Counted from the stretch's first letter, positions 1 through 8,462 are shown. The stretch: DNA of 32,000 bases from Promethearchaeum syntrophicum (GCF_008000775.2 NZ_CP042905.2:2340001-2372000); one strand, 5' to 3'. Made by a program: numbers and translations. Notes: a model not told the origin generated them from the letters alone.

Positions 1-645
1 TGTTCTTTGAAAAAATGAATACCTATCTTTTAATTCTTGCTCGGTTAATTCTTTCTTTTTTGCAATTTTCTCTTGTTCATCATTCAGCCGTAAATGTTTT
101 TCCCATTCTTCCCCGGGTATTTTTACAGTAAAACGAATTAACGAATCAATATAATTTTCAAGATCTTTTAAGATCTCTTCAGGTTCCTTCAATAATATTA
201 AACCAGTGTAGTTCTCTATCTTTTTGGAGATAAATTCTGCCATTTTATGAAATGAATTGAATAAATGAACTTCAGAATTCTTAACGGTATATGTTGGCGT
301 ATATTCATAAAAAATAAGATCTTCATAGTTAGTAACAAATCCGATTTTACAATTCAGTTCCTTACAATATTTCTTTAGTTGTAACTCGTCTTGTTCTAAA
401 TTGCCCTTTCCTTTAATTTTTGTTTCAATTATTGCTGAAACCGCGTCTTTATTATCCCAAACTATCCTATTTTTGTCTAGCTCAATTTGGATCAGTTCAG
501 TTTTGAATATAACAATATCTTCCTGAAAATGTTTTTTTTGAAATATTAACTCTTGAAAGACTCTAAATTGAATGCCTAATCTACTTTTCAAGAAATCTAT
601 TAGCTCAGGGCGGTCTGTATGTTCTGACATTTTCAGATTTGGCAT
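1..645 (-). CDS. Partial CDS (N-terminus in window, continues past the left edge): restriction-endonuclease-like PD-(D/E)xK protein resembling the HsdR_N / type I-IIG restriction enzyme N-terminal domain
   Basis: I checked the frame triplet by triplet and it is open from 657 down to 1. ATG is at 645 (alternative at 630). It is missing from the ORF track because it has no stop in the window. The translation contains ...AVSAIIETKIKGKGNLEQDELQLKKYCKELNCKIGFVTNYEDLIFYEY. This fits the ExK ... Q..Y ... TN(G) pattern of HsdR_N-type nuclease-like domains. Confidence 0.45.
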   Translation of the reverse strand, partial: MPNLKMSEHTDRPELIDFLKSRLGIQFRVFQELIFQKKHFQEDIVIFKTELIQIELDKNRIVWDNKDAVSAIIETKIKGKGNLEQDELQLKKYCKELNCKIGFVTNYEDLIFYEYTPTYTVKNSEVHLFNSFHKMAEFISKKIENYTGLILLKEPEEILKDLENYIDSLIRFTVKIPGEEWEKHLRLNDEQEKIAKKKELTEQELKDRYSFFQRT

Positions 646-1114
646 GTTTTTAAACCACTATAATGAAGTTTTTTGTATAAATCAGAAGTAATTAATGAAT
701 CTTCTTTTTTAATACTTTAATTATCTCTTTGTTATCAATCTTTTCCAAAAAATCTTAAGTTTCATGATGTGAACTTTGGTTATCTATTAACTCGAGGTTA
801 TACCAAAGTAAACTATATTACTCAGTTAAAGAATGAAAACATTGAAATAGATAAATTAGAACTTTCAACTTTGTAATGACTAAAACCTAATCGCTAACCA
901 AATCATTATGTTATGACTCTCGAAAACCAAAATGATTGGAATTAAACCTATAGATCAGATTAATAATTAGATTCTAATATTCAAAAGTAAGTAATTAATT
1001 TATAATGACATTCTTTGAAGTTTTGACTGTAGTCGGGTTTTTATTGATTTAATTGGATTTATTTATTTAATTATCACTATTTTAAGAAAAACAAAGCAAA
1101 TTGAAGATAGAATC

Positions 1115-1318
1115 TTGAAATTGGAAGAAATAAGATTAGACTATGAAAAATCCATAGAAAGAATAAAAGCAGATGTAGAAAAATCGAAACATTCAGATAA
1201 TATAGACCTACAAAAAGTTTTTGCGAGGAAATTTGCAGAAATATCAATTCCAGATTTAATTAAATTGATTAAAGATGAAGATGTGCGAACCTTCCTTGAG
1301 AAAAGTAAGAAAAAATAA
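1115..1318 (+). CDS. Small hypothetical charged/coiled-coil protein, possibly the 3' part of a frameshifted 1005..1318 gene
   Basis: 67-aa ORF with a TTG start. The same frame is open upstream to 1019 and encodes a TM-like LIGFIYLIITIL segment without a start codon. An ATG at 1005 in another frame ends at 1050-1052, next to a T5 run. Confidence 0.3.
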   Translation: MKLEEIRLDYEKSIERIKADVEKSKHSDNIDLQKVFARKFAEISIPDLIKLIKDEDVRTFLEKSKKK

Positions 1319-1439
1319 TATTCTATTGGAATATCTATAAACTGGTGGTCCTATTCGCGATTACCTTTCCCATGTTATCTTATTGATTTATTTGATTATT
1401 TTTTTCAATTTCATCTCTTTTATTAAAAGAAAATATAAA

Positions 1440-1919
1440 TCACCTTCCAACATCACGTGCGGCTTCTTCAATCCAAGATCCAATATTATATTTTCCCTTA
1501 TCATCAAACCAATCATAAATTGGAACATGATCTGATAAAGGTTGATTATAATCATCATAAACATATTCAAAAGGATTATTTCCCTTTGTATCCCTTTTTC
1601 TATATTTATTTCGCAATTTGTGGATATAAATGCCCAACAATGCATTATTTTTGAGATAACTTTGTTTAATTTCATATTTAATCCATCTTCTATAAGACGT
1701 TTCTTGCCCAATTAAAACTACGGTCACTGAAGTTCCATGAAGAGTTTGATTTATTAGTTTTTTTATTTCTTGATCATTAAAAGTAGGATGATTTTCTTCG
1801 ATCGAACCATCCCAAAAACCAGCAGCTTCTCTTGTTTCAGCATAGTACCAAGAACTTTTGATATATCTTGCTCTCCAAATATCTCTTTGATAATGAAAAC
1901 TAAAAAAAACTACCCTCAT
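1440..1919 (-). CDS. thsB: ThsB-like TIR-like domain protein (DUF1863 / ThsB_TIR family)
   Basis: The N-terminus MRVVFFSFHYQRDIWRARY... and the core TSVTVVLIGQETSYRRWIKYEIKQS...LLGIYIHKL match the hallmark FFSFHYQ.D and VLIG..T..RRW..YEI motifs of Thoeris ThsB proteins. The putative catalytic Glu is included. This rests on recalled family motifs; no search was run. Confidence 0.75.
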   Translation of the reverse strand: MRVVFFSFHYQRDIWRARYIKSSWYYAETREAAGFWDGSIEENHPTFNDQEIKKLINQTLHGTSVTVVLIGQETSYRRWIKYEIKQSYLKNNALLGIYIHKLRNKYRKRDTKGNNPFEYVYDDYNQPLSDHVPIYDWFDDKGKYNIGSWIEEAARDVGR

Positions 1920-2018
1920 AATGTTGAATCATTCCATTTTTTTGATTTTTTGTCTGTTTGATTTAGTTAATTTAAGTTAAAAAATCTAAAAGAAAATAAC
2001 AAATAATTAGTAATCCCA

Positions 2019-2468
2019 TTAAGTTAGATGAACAATCATAAATATTATGCTTATTACCTCGATTGGTAAATAGAAAAGACATTCTGTTGTGGAAAACATA
2101 ACTCCAAAAATATTCTTCACTTTTTGTTTATCTTCTAAGGACGACTGAATTTTTTTAGTATCCATATCAAAGAGATTCTTATTTAATTCTTCCCTATCAT
2201 TATTGAATAAATCCACTTTTTTTTCCCAAAGTTTGCGAAATAACCTTTCCTGTCTTAAATAATACGAATCTAATACCCAAAAAAATCCTATGATAATGAT
2301 TGCATTAAGAAAAAATACCCACTGCAAATTTGCTAAATTAAATGCAATTACTACTGAATATATAGTCAAGGACCAACCTTTGAGCATAAAGGAATTTTGT
2401 GCCATTCGTTTAATGATATCTTGAATCATCAAAAAGTATTTTCTCGCATTTTCATTATCTTGAATCAT
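2019..2468 (-). CDS. Small membrane protein (about 3 TM helices) between two TIR-like genes; candidate effector, function unknown
   Basis: 149-aa ORF with hydrophobic segments GWSLTIYSVVIAFNLA, WVFFLNAIIIIGFFWVL and CLFYLPIEVISIIFMIVHL. It has an amphipathic N-terminal helix and an LDSYYLRQERLFRKLW motif after TM2. It shares the strand of both flanking TIR-like genes. Confidence 0.55.
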   Translation of the reverse strand: MIQDNENARKYFLMIQDIIKRMAQNSFMLKGWSLTIYSVVIAFNLANLQWVFFLNAIIIIGFFWVLDSYYLRQERLFRKLWEKKVDLFNNDREELNKNLFDMDTKKIQSSLEDKQKVKNIFGVMFSTTECLFYLPIEVISIIFMIVHLT

Positions 2469-2551
2469 TTTGTTTTCTCATCTCTACACAAATTTTATTT
2501 TATAAAAAAGATATGATTAATTAATTTTAAATTAATCCATATAACTACCTT

Positions 2552-3034
2552 CTATTCTTCAAAAATATCTTCAATTTCTTGTGCAATATTTGATGTATTC
2601 CAATCTAATAAAAGTAGTTCTCGTTTTATGAATAAATTTGGACCACCACCGGAAGTATTTGGGATTCTTACTCCAATAATTGGAATTTGTTTTGATGTGG
2701 CAACATCCATTTCGTAATCGACATAAGTGCTATTATGTGAATCATTCCCAATTAGACATATCATTAAATCACTCTCAATGATTTTTTCTTTAATATAATT
2801 TTTAACAGCTTGTTCCCCTTTTGCTCTAACGTCGTTTCGAGAAGAAATCGGAATTCCTCGTAATTCACTATTTGGATTTTGAAGTAATCCTTCAAATCCC
2901 TCCCGATAATCACGTTCAGTTTCTCTATAACTAATAAAAATTTTAATATTTTCCATCTCCTTTCTATTTCTAAAATCTTGTTTGAAATTATACATTTCTG
3001 ATATAAAAATATGCTTATTTATTAGAATTGACAT
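2552..3034 (-). CDS. Second TIR-like (DUF1863-type) domain protein
   Basis: Motifs are IKIFISYRE..., ...ESDLMICLIGNDSHNSTYVDYEMDVA...IPIIGVRIP and ...LLLDWN. This is a beta1 FISY motif, an LIG strand followed by a conserved Glu, and a PIIGV strand. The true start may be the internal ATG at 2956 (MENIKIFISY). Confidence 0.65.
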   Translation of the reverse strand: MSILINKHIFISEMYNFKQDFRNRKEMENIKIFISYRETERDYREGFEGLLQNPNSELRGIPISSRNDVRAKGEQAVKNYIKEKIIESDLMICLIGNDSHNSTYVDYEMDVATSKQIPIIGVRIPNTSGGGPNLFIKRELLLLDWNTSNIAQEIEDIFEE

Positions 3035-3146
3035 ATATAAATTTTCTAGTTGTTAGTTAGAAATCCTTCAAAACCCGGTGTTTGAACAATATTCTGAGAT
3101 TTTTAATTGGAATAATAAAATTTTATTATTCAAAACTAACCTTTTG

Positions 3147-4076
3147 TTACTTTTTTCTTGTTTTTGATGATCTTTTGCGTTTTGAGGGTTTATTTTGAGT
3201 AGTTTTATTTGAATTTTTTTTAATATTTTTTGAATTAGTAGACTTTGATTTCTTATTAGTAATAATCTTTGTTTTAAAACGAGATGATTTTTTTATTGAT
3301 TTTGATGATCTTTTGTTGTTTGAGGGTTTTTTTTGTCTAGATTTATTTGAACTTTTCTTAATATTCTTTGATTTACTAGATTTTGATTTCTTGTTTTCAA
3401 TATTCTTTGTTTTCGAAGGAGATGATTTTATTCTTGATTTTGATGATCTTTTTTTGTTTGAGGGTTTTTTTTGTCTAGATTTATTTGAACTTTTCTTAAT
3501 ATTCTTTGATTTTCTAGATTTTGATTTCTTGTTTTCAATATTCTTTGTTTTCGAAGGAGATGATTTTATTCTTGATTTTGATGATTTTCGACCTAATTTT
3601 AATCCTTTCTTATTCAAATCTTTAATTCCTTGTTTAAATCCTGTTTCTAAATTTTCTTTTGGTTTTAAATGTACTTCAGTCTTTTTTTTATAATTTTTTT
3701 CTGAAATGTTTCTGTTTGGAGAATTTCGAGCTCCTTTTTCAAAAATTTCAATTATCGGTTTTTGTTGTCTTATGGCTTTTCTGATTTCTCTTTTAGCCCC
3801 TTCGTGTCTTTTTTCTCCTGTTTTTGATGAGGGAGGAACGATTCTTACCACAACATCAGCATCCTTTACCATTTGTTTTTCTCGTTCATTTGTCTCTGTA
3901 GGACTAGTTTTTTCTCCCTTTTTCCATTTTTTCTGATCATGAATTGTCTTATATTTTGAATCTTTGTCTAGCCTTTCAGAAAATTTATGGGCTTTAGTTG
4001 TATGGCCAGGAGTTTTATTATCGTGAGCAACCATTATTTTTAATGGTTTTTTTTTAGATTTCTTCTTTTTTGCCAT
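3147..4076 (-). CDS. Bipartite protein: N-terminal TIR-like/flavodoxin-like domain plus a ~190-aa Lys/Ser-rich polycationic repeat tail
   Basis: The ORF track gives 3147..4088 with a TTG start; the ATG at 4076 gives MAKKKKSKKKPLKIMVAHD. The N-domain pattern is KIMVAHD ... DADVVVRIVPP...GAKREIRKAIRQQKPIIEIF, which is strand / strand+Glu / PII strand as in the two neighbouring TIR-like proteins. The C-terminal half is 46-aa K/S/N-rich repeats. Confidence 0.6.
   Translation of the reverse strand: MAKKKKSKKKPLKIMVAHDNKTPGHTTKAHKFSERLDKDSKYKTIHDQKKWKKGEKTSPTETNEREKQMVKDADVVVRIVPPSSKTGEKRHEGAKREIRKAIRQQKPIIEIFEKGARNSPNRNISEKNYKKKTEVHLKPKENLETGFKQGIKDLNKKGLKLGRKSSKSRIKSSPSKTKNIENKKSKSRKSKNIKKSSNKSRQKKPSNKKRSSKSRIKSSPSKTKNIENKKSKSSKSKNIKKSSNKSRQKKPSNNKRSSKSIKKSSRFKTKIITNKKSKSTNSKNIKKNSNKTTQNKPSKRKRSSKTRKK
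3150..3590. repeat. Coding tandem repeat, 138-bp unit, about 3 copies (two near-identical, one diverged)
   Basis: The protein unit KSRIKSSPSKTKNIENKKSKS(R/S)KSKNIKKSSNKSRQKKPSN(K/N)KRSS occurs twice. A diverged third copy reads KSIKKSSRFKTKIITNKKSKSTNSKNIKK.... The landmark gtctag recurs at 3335 and 3473, 138 bp apart. Confidence 0.85.
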
Positions 4077-4211
4077 ATTTATCAACAATTGATACCTAAT
4101 TTAATTGATTTAAAGACATATATAAACTACAAGACGACATTAAATAACTAACATTCTTTGTTATGTTAATTTATTTACCATTTCCACTGAATTAACAGGA
4201 TAAAAAAAAAA

Positions 4212-4733
4212 TCACTGATTTTCTAATCTTTTTAATCGCTCATGGAAAACCTTCAAAATTAAAGTTTTGTTCAAATGTCGATTTAATTGTCTACTATGTT
4301 CTCTAAATTCTTCGTTTACTTCTTTAAATTCATTTTCGACAATTGAAATTAGATGGTTAGTGTCATATTCTTTAATTTCTCGATCTTCTCTTATATTTTT
4401 AATATCGTGGTCTGGAAATTCTTTTCCACATTCACAAATATAATAATCAAAATTTCTTGGATATACTACTTCAAAAGCATTATTTTTACAACAATGTGGA
4501 CATTCTCTTCTTTTTGCTTGACTAATTAAATTTGATTTTTCAAGTAATTCTTCCCATTTCTCCTTTGGAGATCTTCTCATAATTTCTGTGAAAAATCTGC
4601 TACAACCTGGATTGAAGCATTTGTAATAATGAGAACCATCAGAAGAACTAGTACTCCTGCCTATCATAAATATTTCGATTGCTGATTGTTTATCGCAATA
4701 TATACATTGAATTTTATTAATCATAGTTATCAT
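4212..4733 (-). CDS. Hypothetical double zinc-ribbon protein with a helical C-terminus
   Basis: 173-aa ORF. Cys pairs are CIYC...CFNPGC and CPHCC...CEC, followed by a charged helical tail. Confidence 0.5.
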   Translation of the reverse strand: MITMINKIQCIYCDKQSAIEIFMIGRSTSSSDGSHYYKCFNPGCSRFFTEIMRRSPKEKWEELLEKSNLISQAKRRECPHCCKNNAFEVVYPRNFDYYICECGKEFPDHDIKNIREDREIKEYDTNHLISIVENEFKEVNEEFREHSRQLNRHLNKTLILKVFHERLKRLENQ

Positions 4734-4912
4734 ACTTTTTTGTTTGTATACTTAAAAAATGTAATCTAAATTCACTCCTCGTTTAATATCTTTTTTTAAC
4801 ATAAAACATCAATAGAAGGATCAAATTGGCATATTTAAACCTATGGTTTGATTATTGAGATTTTACTGGATTAACCAAAGTCATATTATACCCAAAAAAA
4901 TTTCCTGAATAA

Positions 4913-6040
4913 TTAATTTGTAAGTAGTTGGTTTAGATATTCTGTGATCGTTTTAATGGATAATTCATGATAAAAATCATGGATTTCCTGAATAGAATTT
5001 GGTTGTTTACCTTGAATTTCAAAAAGCTTAAGTATTTCGGAAAGTGAAAAATTATGCAAGAGATATCCTTTGATAATATATTTTATAGTAATCAAAACAC
5101 TTTTTTTGGTATCTTCTCCATATTGATCTAAGTGAGAATGATTTAATTTCAGATTTACATTTCCATCTTCATCAAAATCAAGATAATCGTATCCGGATTT
5201 GACTATTGGATAATGAGGGGTGATTTGGACGAGATTGTGGAACGCATGGGAAATGAAATATTTATACATTTGGTCCTTGATCTTTTTTGGACCAGTTTGG
5301 GCTGTTTTTGCTTCTCCTCCAATATAACAATTTTGATCTTTCACTGAAAATTTTTGCTGGGTTTTGGTCTGTGGTAAATGCCTTAACAAGGCTAATCGAA
5401 ATAAAAAACCTCCATCTATCTCAAAATTTGCTTTATTCAGTTGGTTTAGCAAGGATGGAACATAAAAAGCGCCAAAATCTGGGATTCCTTCAATGTTAGT
5501 ATAGGGTAGAACAATTTCATTTTCAGTTAAATAATTATGTTTATGATATAAGGTCGAAGTAATATATTGTAAGAATCCTTCATTGTTTCCTCCAAATGTA
5601 GGTGCCATCTCGATAAAAATACAGTTTTTGTATCCCAATTTTGATTCTTCTACTTTATCAGAAAAAATTTTTAATAATTTATTTGAAGGTCCATTTTCGG
5701 TACGTGAATATTGGTAAGGAATAATAAATTTGTCTCCTTTCAGGAGAAATGGATATTTTTTTAGTTGATCAGTAAACGGAAGATTGGAGATTTTTGGATA
5801 AATATTAAATAGATTATATTTTAAGTCTGGGATAAAACATGTTTTATAATCTATTAGATAATATGTATGTCCAGATAATCCATAAGAACCCATCACTAAT
5901 TCTAAGGCTGCAAGTGCATTAGTTTTCAATACTCCAAAAGGAAATATTTGCTGTAATTCATTGATAATATGGAAACGATCATCTTTTGCAAGAATTCGGA
6001 ATATCATATCAGCAGTTAATTCATTTATCATCTTTTTCAA
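4913..6040 (-). CDS. Hypothetical protein, possible PD-(D/E)xK-type nuclease (weak)
   Basis: 375-aa ORF with no overlapping competitor of similar length. It contains IPDFGAFYV ... YIGGEAKT (PD ... ExK), but the spacing is long and the family is not recognised. Confidence 0.5.
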   Translation of the reverse strand: MKKMINELTADMIFRILAKDDRFHIINELQQIFPFGVLKTNALAALELVMGSYGLSGHTYYLIDYKTCFIPDLKYNLFNIYPKISNLPFTDQLKKYPFLLKGDKFIIPYQYSRTENGPSNKLLKIFSDKVEESKLGYKNCIFIEMAPTFGGNNEGFLQYITSTLYHKHNYLTENEIVLPYTNIEGIPDFGAFYVPSLLNQLNKANFEIDGGFLFRLALLRHLPQTKTQQKFSVKDQNCYIGGEAKTAQTGPKKIKDQMYKYFISHAFHNLVQITPHYPIVKSGYDYLDFDEDGNVNLKLNHSHLDQYGEDTKKSVLITIKYIIKGYLLHNFSLSEILKLFEIQGKQPNSIQEIHDFYHELSIKTITEYLNQLLTN

Positions 6041-6223
6041 TTATATTATATCAATAAAGATTTATTATTCTTTTTTAATATATATTTAAAATTTATCCCG
6101 CTATATTCTCATAAAGGGAATTTCTCATCTTGTAGAATCTCGATCTAACAATAAATCAGAAATATAAAAAAAATGAAGATATAAAGAAGTAAAAAAAAAA
6201 TTAAATTAATAAATTATTCATTA

Positions 6224-6510
6224 TTAGAATTTAATTTCGCCCATCTTGGCGCGCTCGTCAACTAAAGCTTTAACAACCTCAGGATTTGCCAATGTCTTAA
6301 CATCACCAATATCACCCATGGTCACACTTGCCTTCAAAACACGTCTCACAATCTTTCCTGAGCGGGTCTTTGGTAAAGCATCGGTAAACATGATAATTTC
6401 GGGTTTGACTGTTGGTCCGGCAACATTACGAACTTATTTGACAATTTCACCTTTCTATTCTTCAGTTTTCTCCACAACTTGCATAAGAGTGATATATGCG
6501 AAAATTGTTG
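6224..6510 (-). pseudogene. Truncated, stop-containing 3' fragment of an acetyl-CoA synthetase gene (last ~95 codons)
   Basis: It aligns without gaps to 22531..22817, the intact acs 3' end, at a constant offset of 16307. It encodes ...VRNVAGPTVKPEIIMFTDALPKTRSGKIVRRVLKA...NPEVVKALVDERAKMGEIKF*. In-frame stops lie at 6434-6436 (TAA) and 6455-6457 (TAG). Similarity ends abruptly near 6511. Confidence 0.85.
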
Positions 6511-6599
6511 AAAGCACTTAAAAAAGATACATAAAAATGTCAAATTTAATAAATATTGTTAAATATTTAATTTATAAACAAACAATAAAATGAGATAAA

Positions 6600-7652
6600 A
6601 TGGCAATAGAATTAGTTACTTTTGGAGTTAGATTATTTATAAATAGATGGATTGAATCAAAAAAAAAAATTACTCAAAATATCACAAATTATCTTGAAGC
6701 AGCAGCCAGAGATAAAAAAATTTCAAATACAGATTCAATAATATTAAAAACAAAAATTCTTGATATGATTAAGGTTACGGAAAATTTAAATCGCACAATA
6801 AATAAATCAAAGAAAAATATTGATTATATTTCACAAGAATTAATTGAAGATGCAGAACAATATATATCTACACTTAAAGACATAACTAGTAAGTTAAAAT
6901 ATGAATACCTTAATGAATTATTAAAAATGGAAGGCTCTATTAAAGATATTTCAGTAAAGGATTTACAAATTTCTACAGTTGAAGAAGAAATTGCGATATT
7001 ATGCATATTTGTAGCTGACCAATTACTAATTTGGATTTTTGAAGACATTATGGGATTCAAATTTTTAGAAGATAACTATGAAACATCAAGAATTGGAATA
7101 AAATATATTTTAACTGCTAAAAATAATATAGCTTATAATAGAAATGTAAAAGATGAAATTAAATCATATATTTCAAATTATTTAATTTTATATAAAGCGA
7201 TTGCGCAATATTTTCTATGTCGAAATAATCTTAAAAATATGTTGGGAATTACAAAGGAAATTGATACTATAGCAAATTATTTAAATTTTGTAATCAGAAA
7301 AACGGAAAATATTTTAGAATCAAGTGAATTTCTTAATGAAAAGAACAATCACATCTTAAAAATAATAAAAGAACACTCCATTGCTTTATTATGTGAAATT
7401 CAAGGAATAAAATTCAGTTTGAGAAGTTTAAAATCATATAAAAATTTAAACGATTTAATAAATAAAATAAAAAATAATTGGTATTACTCAGAATGGGAAT
7501 TTTTGGGGGAAAAACTAAGTTTAAATTGGGGGAATGATAATCTCGAAGAAAATAATATTGATTATAGTGTTGGAGAATCAGTTAATGAATTTAAAGGTAC
7601 TAAACAAGAATTCAATAATGAGATAAATGAAATAACTCCCTATAATATTTAG
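6600..7652 (+). CDS. Hypothetical all-helical Asn/Ile/Lys-rich protein, first gene of the OLD cassette
   Basis: 350-aa ORF with an ATG start. It ends in TAG at 7650-7652. No recognisable motifs. Confidence 0.55.
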   Translation: MAIELVTFGVRLFINRWIESKKKITQNITNYLEAAARDKKISNTDSIILKTKILDMIKVTENLNRTINKSKKNIDYISQELIEDAEQYISTLKDITSKLKYEYLNELLKMEGSIKDISVKDLQISTVEEEIAILCIFVADQLLIWIFEDIMGFKFLEDNYETSRIGIKYILTAKNNIAYNRNVKDEIKSYISNYLILYKAIAQYFLCRNNLKNMLGITKEIDTIANYLNFVIRKTENILESSEFLNEKNNHILKIIKEHSIALLCEIQGIKFSLRSLKSYKNLNDLINKIKNNWYYSEWEFLGEKLSLNWGNDNLEENNIDYSVGESVNEFKGTKQEFNNEINEITPYNI

Positions 7653-7817
7653 AAAATTAATCATGATAAACCTTATTGCTATGAATGTTATTCGGTGTGG
7701 AAAGAATACAAAAATGCAGATTTCGGAGAATTTAATTCCAATTTATGTGGGAAATATGAGAATTCAAGCATGAATAGACCCCTGTGTTATTACTGTTATA
7801 AAAATATAAGCAAATAG
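7653..7817 (+). CDS. In-frame post-TAG extension encoding a Cys4 zinc-ribbon-like peptide with no start codon of its own
   Basis: Directly after the TAG the same frame reads KINHDKPYCYECYSVWKEYKNADFGEFNSNLCGKYENSSMNRPLCYYCYKNISK*. It has CxxC ... CxxC. There is no ATG, GTG or TTG before the first CxxC. Confidence 0.3.
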   Translation, partial: KINHDKPYCYECYSVWKEYKNADFGEFNSNLCGKYENSSMNRPLCYYCYKNISK

Positions 7818-7850
7818 ATACAAATAATTTAACTAAAATATAACCAAAAG

Positions 7851-8360
7851 GTGAGAATTATTAACGAAGAATTAATTCCCAAAGAGAAAGAGTTTATTAT
7901 TTATAATGGGGGAATAATATTTGCTTTATTATTACCGATATTATTCAAAATTGATGATTATATCCCAAAAGAACTACAAGTTTTTTTTATTTTGGCATTT
8001 AATATGTTATTTATCTCATTTAATTTGGTTTTTCTACGGGCTATAATTCGATTTAAAGGGGGGTTTTTTTTACAAGGAATTTTTTTAACTTTCACTTTTG
8101 GAATGATTTTTCTATCTTCTCTTATATTAGTATATATTTCCCAATTGGATCCAGATACTTCTCGAGTTTCCTTAATTATAACAGGAGTAGGTTTAGCATT
8201 TCCAATTATTAATGCAATTTCTGCAATAGGGAAATTCTTTTTCGAATATATTTTAATTAAAAGTATTCAAAATGTAAGAAATTCAATTAAAAACAAGGAA
8301 AAACATAAAAACACCTTAAAGATTCTTGATTATTTTGAAAAATTTTTATCAAAATCATAA
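7851..8360 (+). CDS. Hypothetical membrane protein (about 4 TM)
   Basis: 169-aa ORF with a GTG start preceded by aaaagg. It has four long hydrophobic segments and a basic C-terminal tail. Confidence 0.55.
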   Translation: MRIINEELIPKEKEFIIYNGGIIFALLLPILFKIDDYIPKELQVFFILAFNMLFISFNLVFLRAIIRFKGGFFLQGIFLTFTFGMIFLSSLILVYISQLDPDTSRVSLIITGVGLAFPIINAISAIGKFFFEYILIKSIQNVRNSIKNKEKHKNTLKILDYFEKFLSKS

Positions 8361-8462
8361 TCGAAATAATTTTTCTAAAACACAATTATACCAAAAAGAT
8401 ATTTCAGAAAATTCATATGTAAAAATGAAAAATAGAATACAATTAACTCAAGTTGGCAAATT

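Noticed and set aside
1388-1961. ORFs 1388..1711 (-), 1457..1654 (+) and 1770..1961 (+) overlapping the ThsB-like gene
   Set aside because: These are alternative-frame or antisense ORFs inside a gene with strong family motifs. Their compositions are low-complexity, which is expected for AT-rich DNA.
3021-3032. A further copy of the att-like core TTATTAGAATT at the start of the 2552..3034 ORF
   Set aside because: Only an 11-nt A/T-rich match is present, with no adjoining acs-like sequence. This is consistent with chance in this base composition.
3313-3936. Phe/Leu/Asp-rich plus-strand ORFs 3313..3693 and 3706..3936
   Set aside because: They are antisense shadows of the Lys/Ser-rich repeat gene, because AAA/AGA-rich codons read as TTT/TCT on the opposite strand. 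Their repeats simply mirror the 138-bp coding repeat.
6246-6543. Track ORFs 6246..6521 (+, 91 aa) and 6346..6543 (-, 65 aa)
   Set aside because: Both overlap the acs 3' pseudogene fragment, one antisense and one out of frame. The homology to the intact acs explains the sequence. Neither ORF shows protein-like features.
7650-7652. TAG reassigned genome-wide (for example to pyrrolysine)
   Set aside because: TAG terminates other well-delimited ORFs in the window (2552, 20211, 25151) with no coding-like continuation. No pyl genes are visible. Only local readthrough or mutation remains as a hypothesis.
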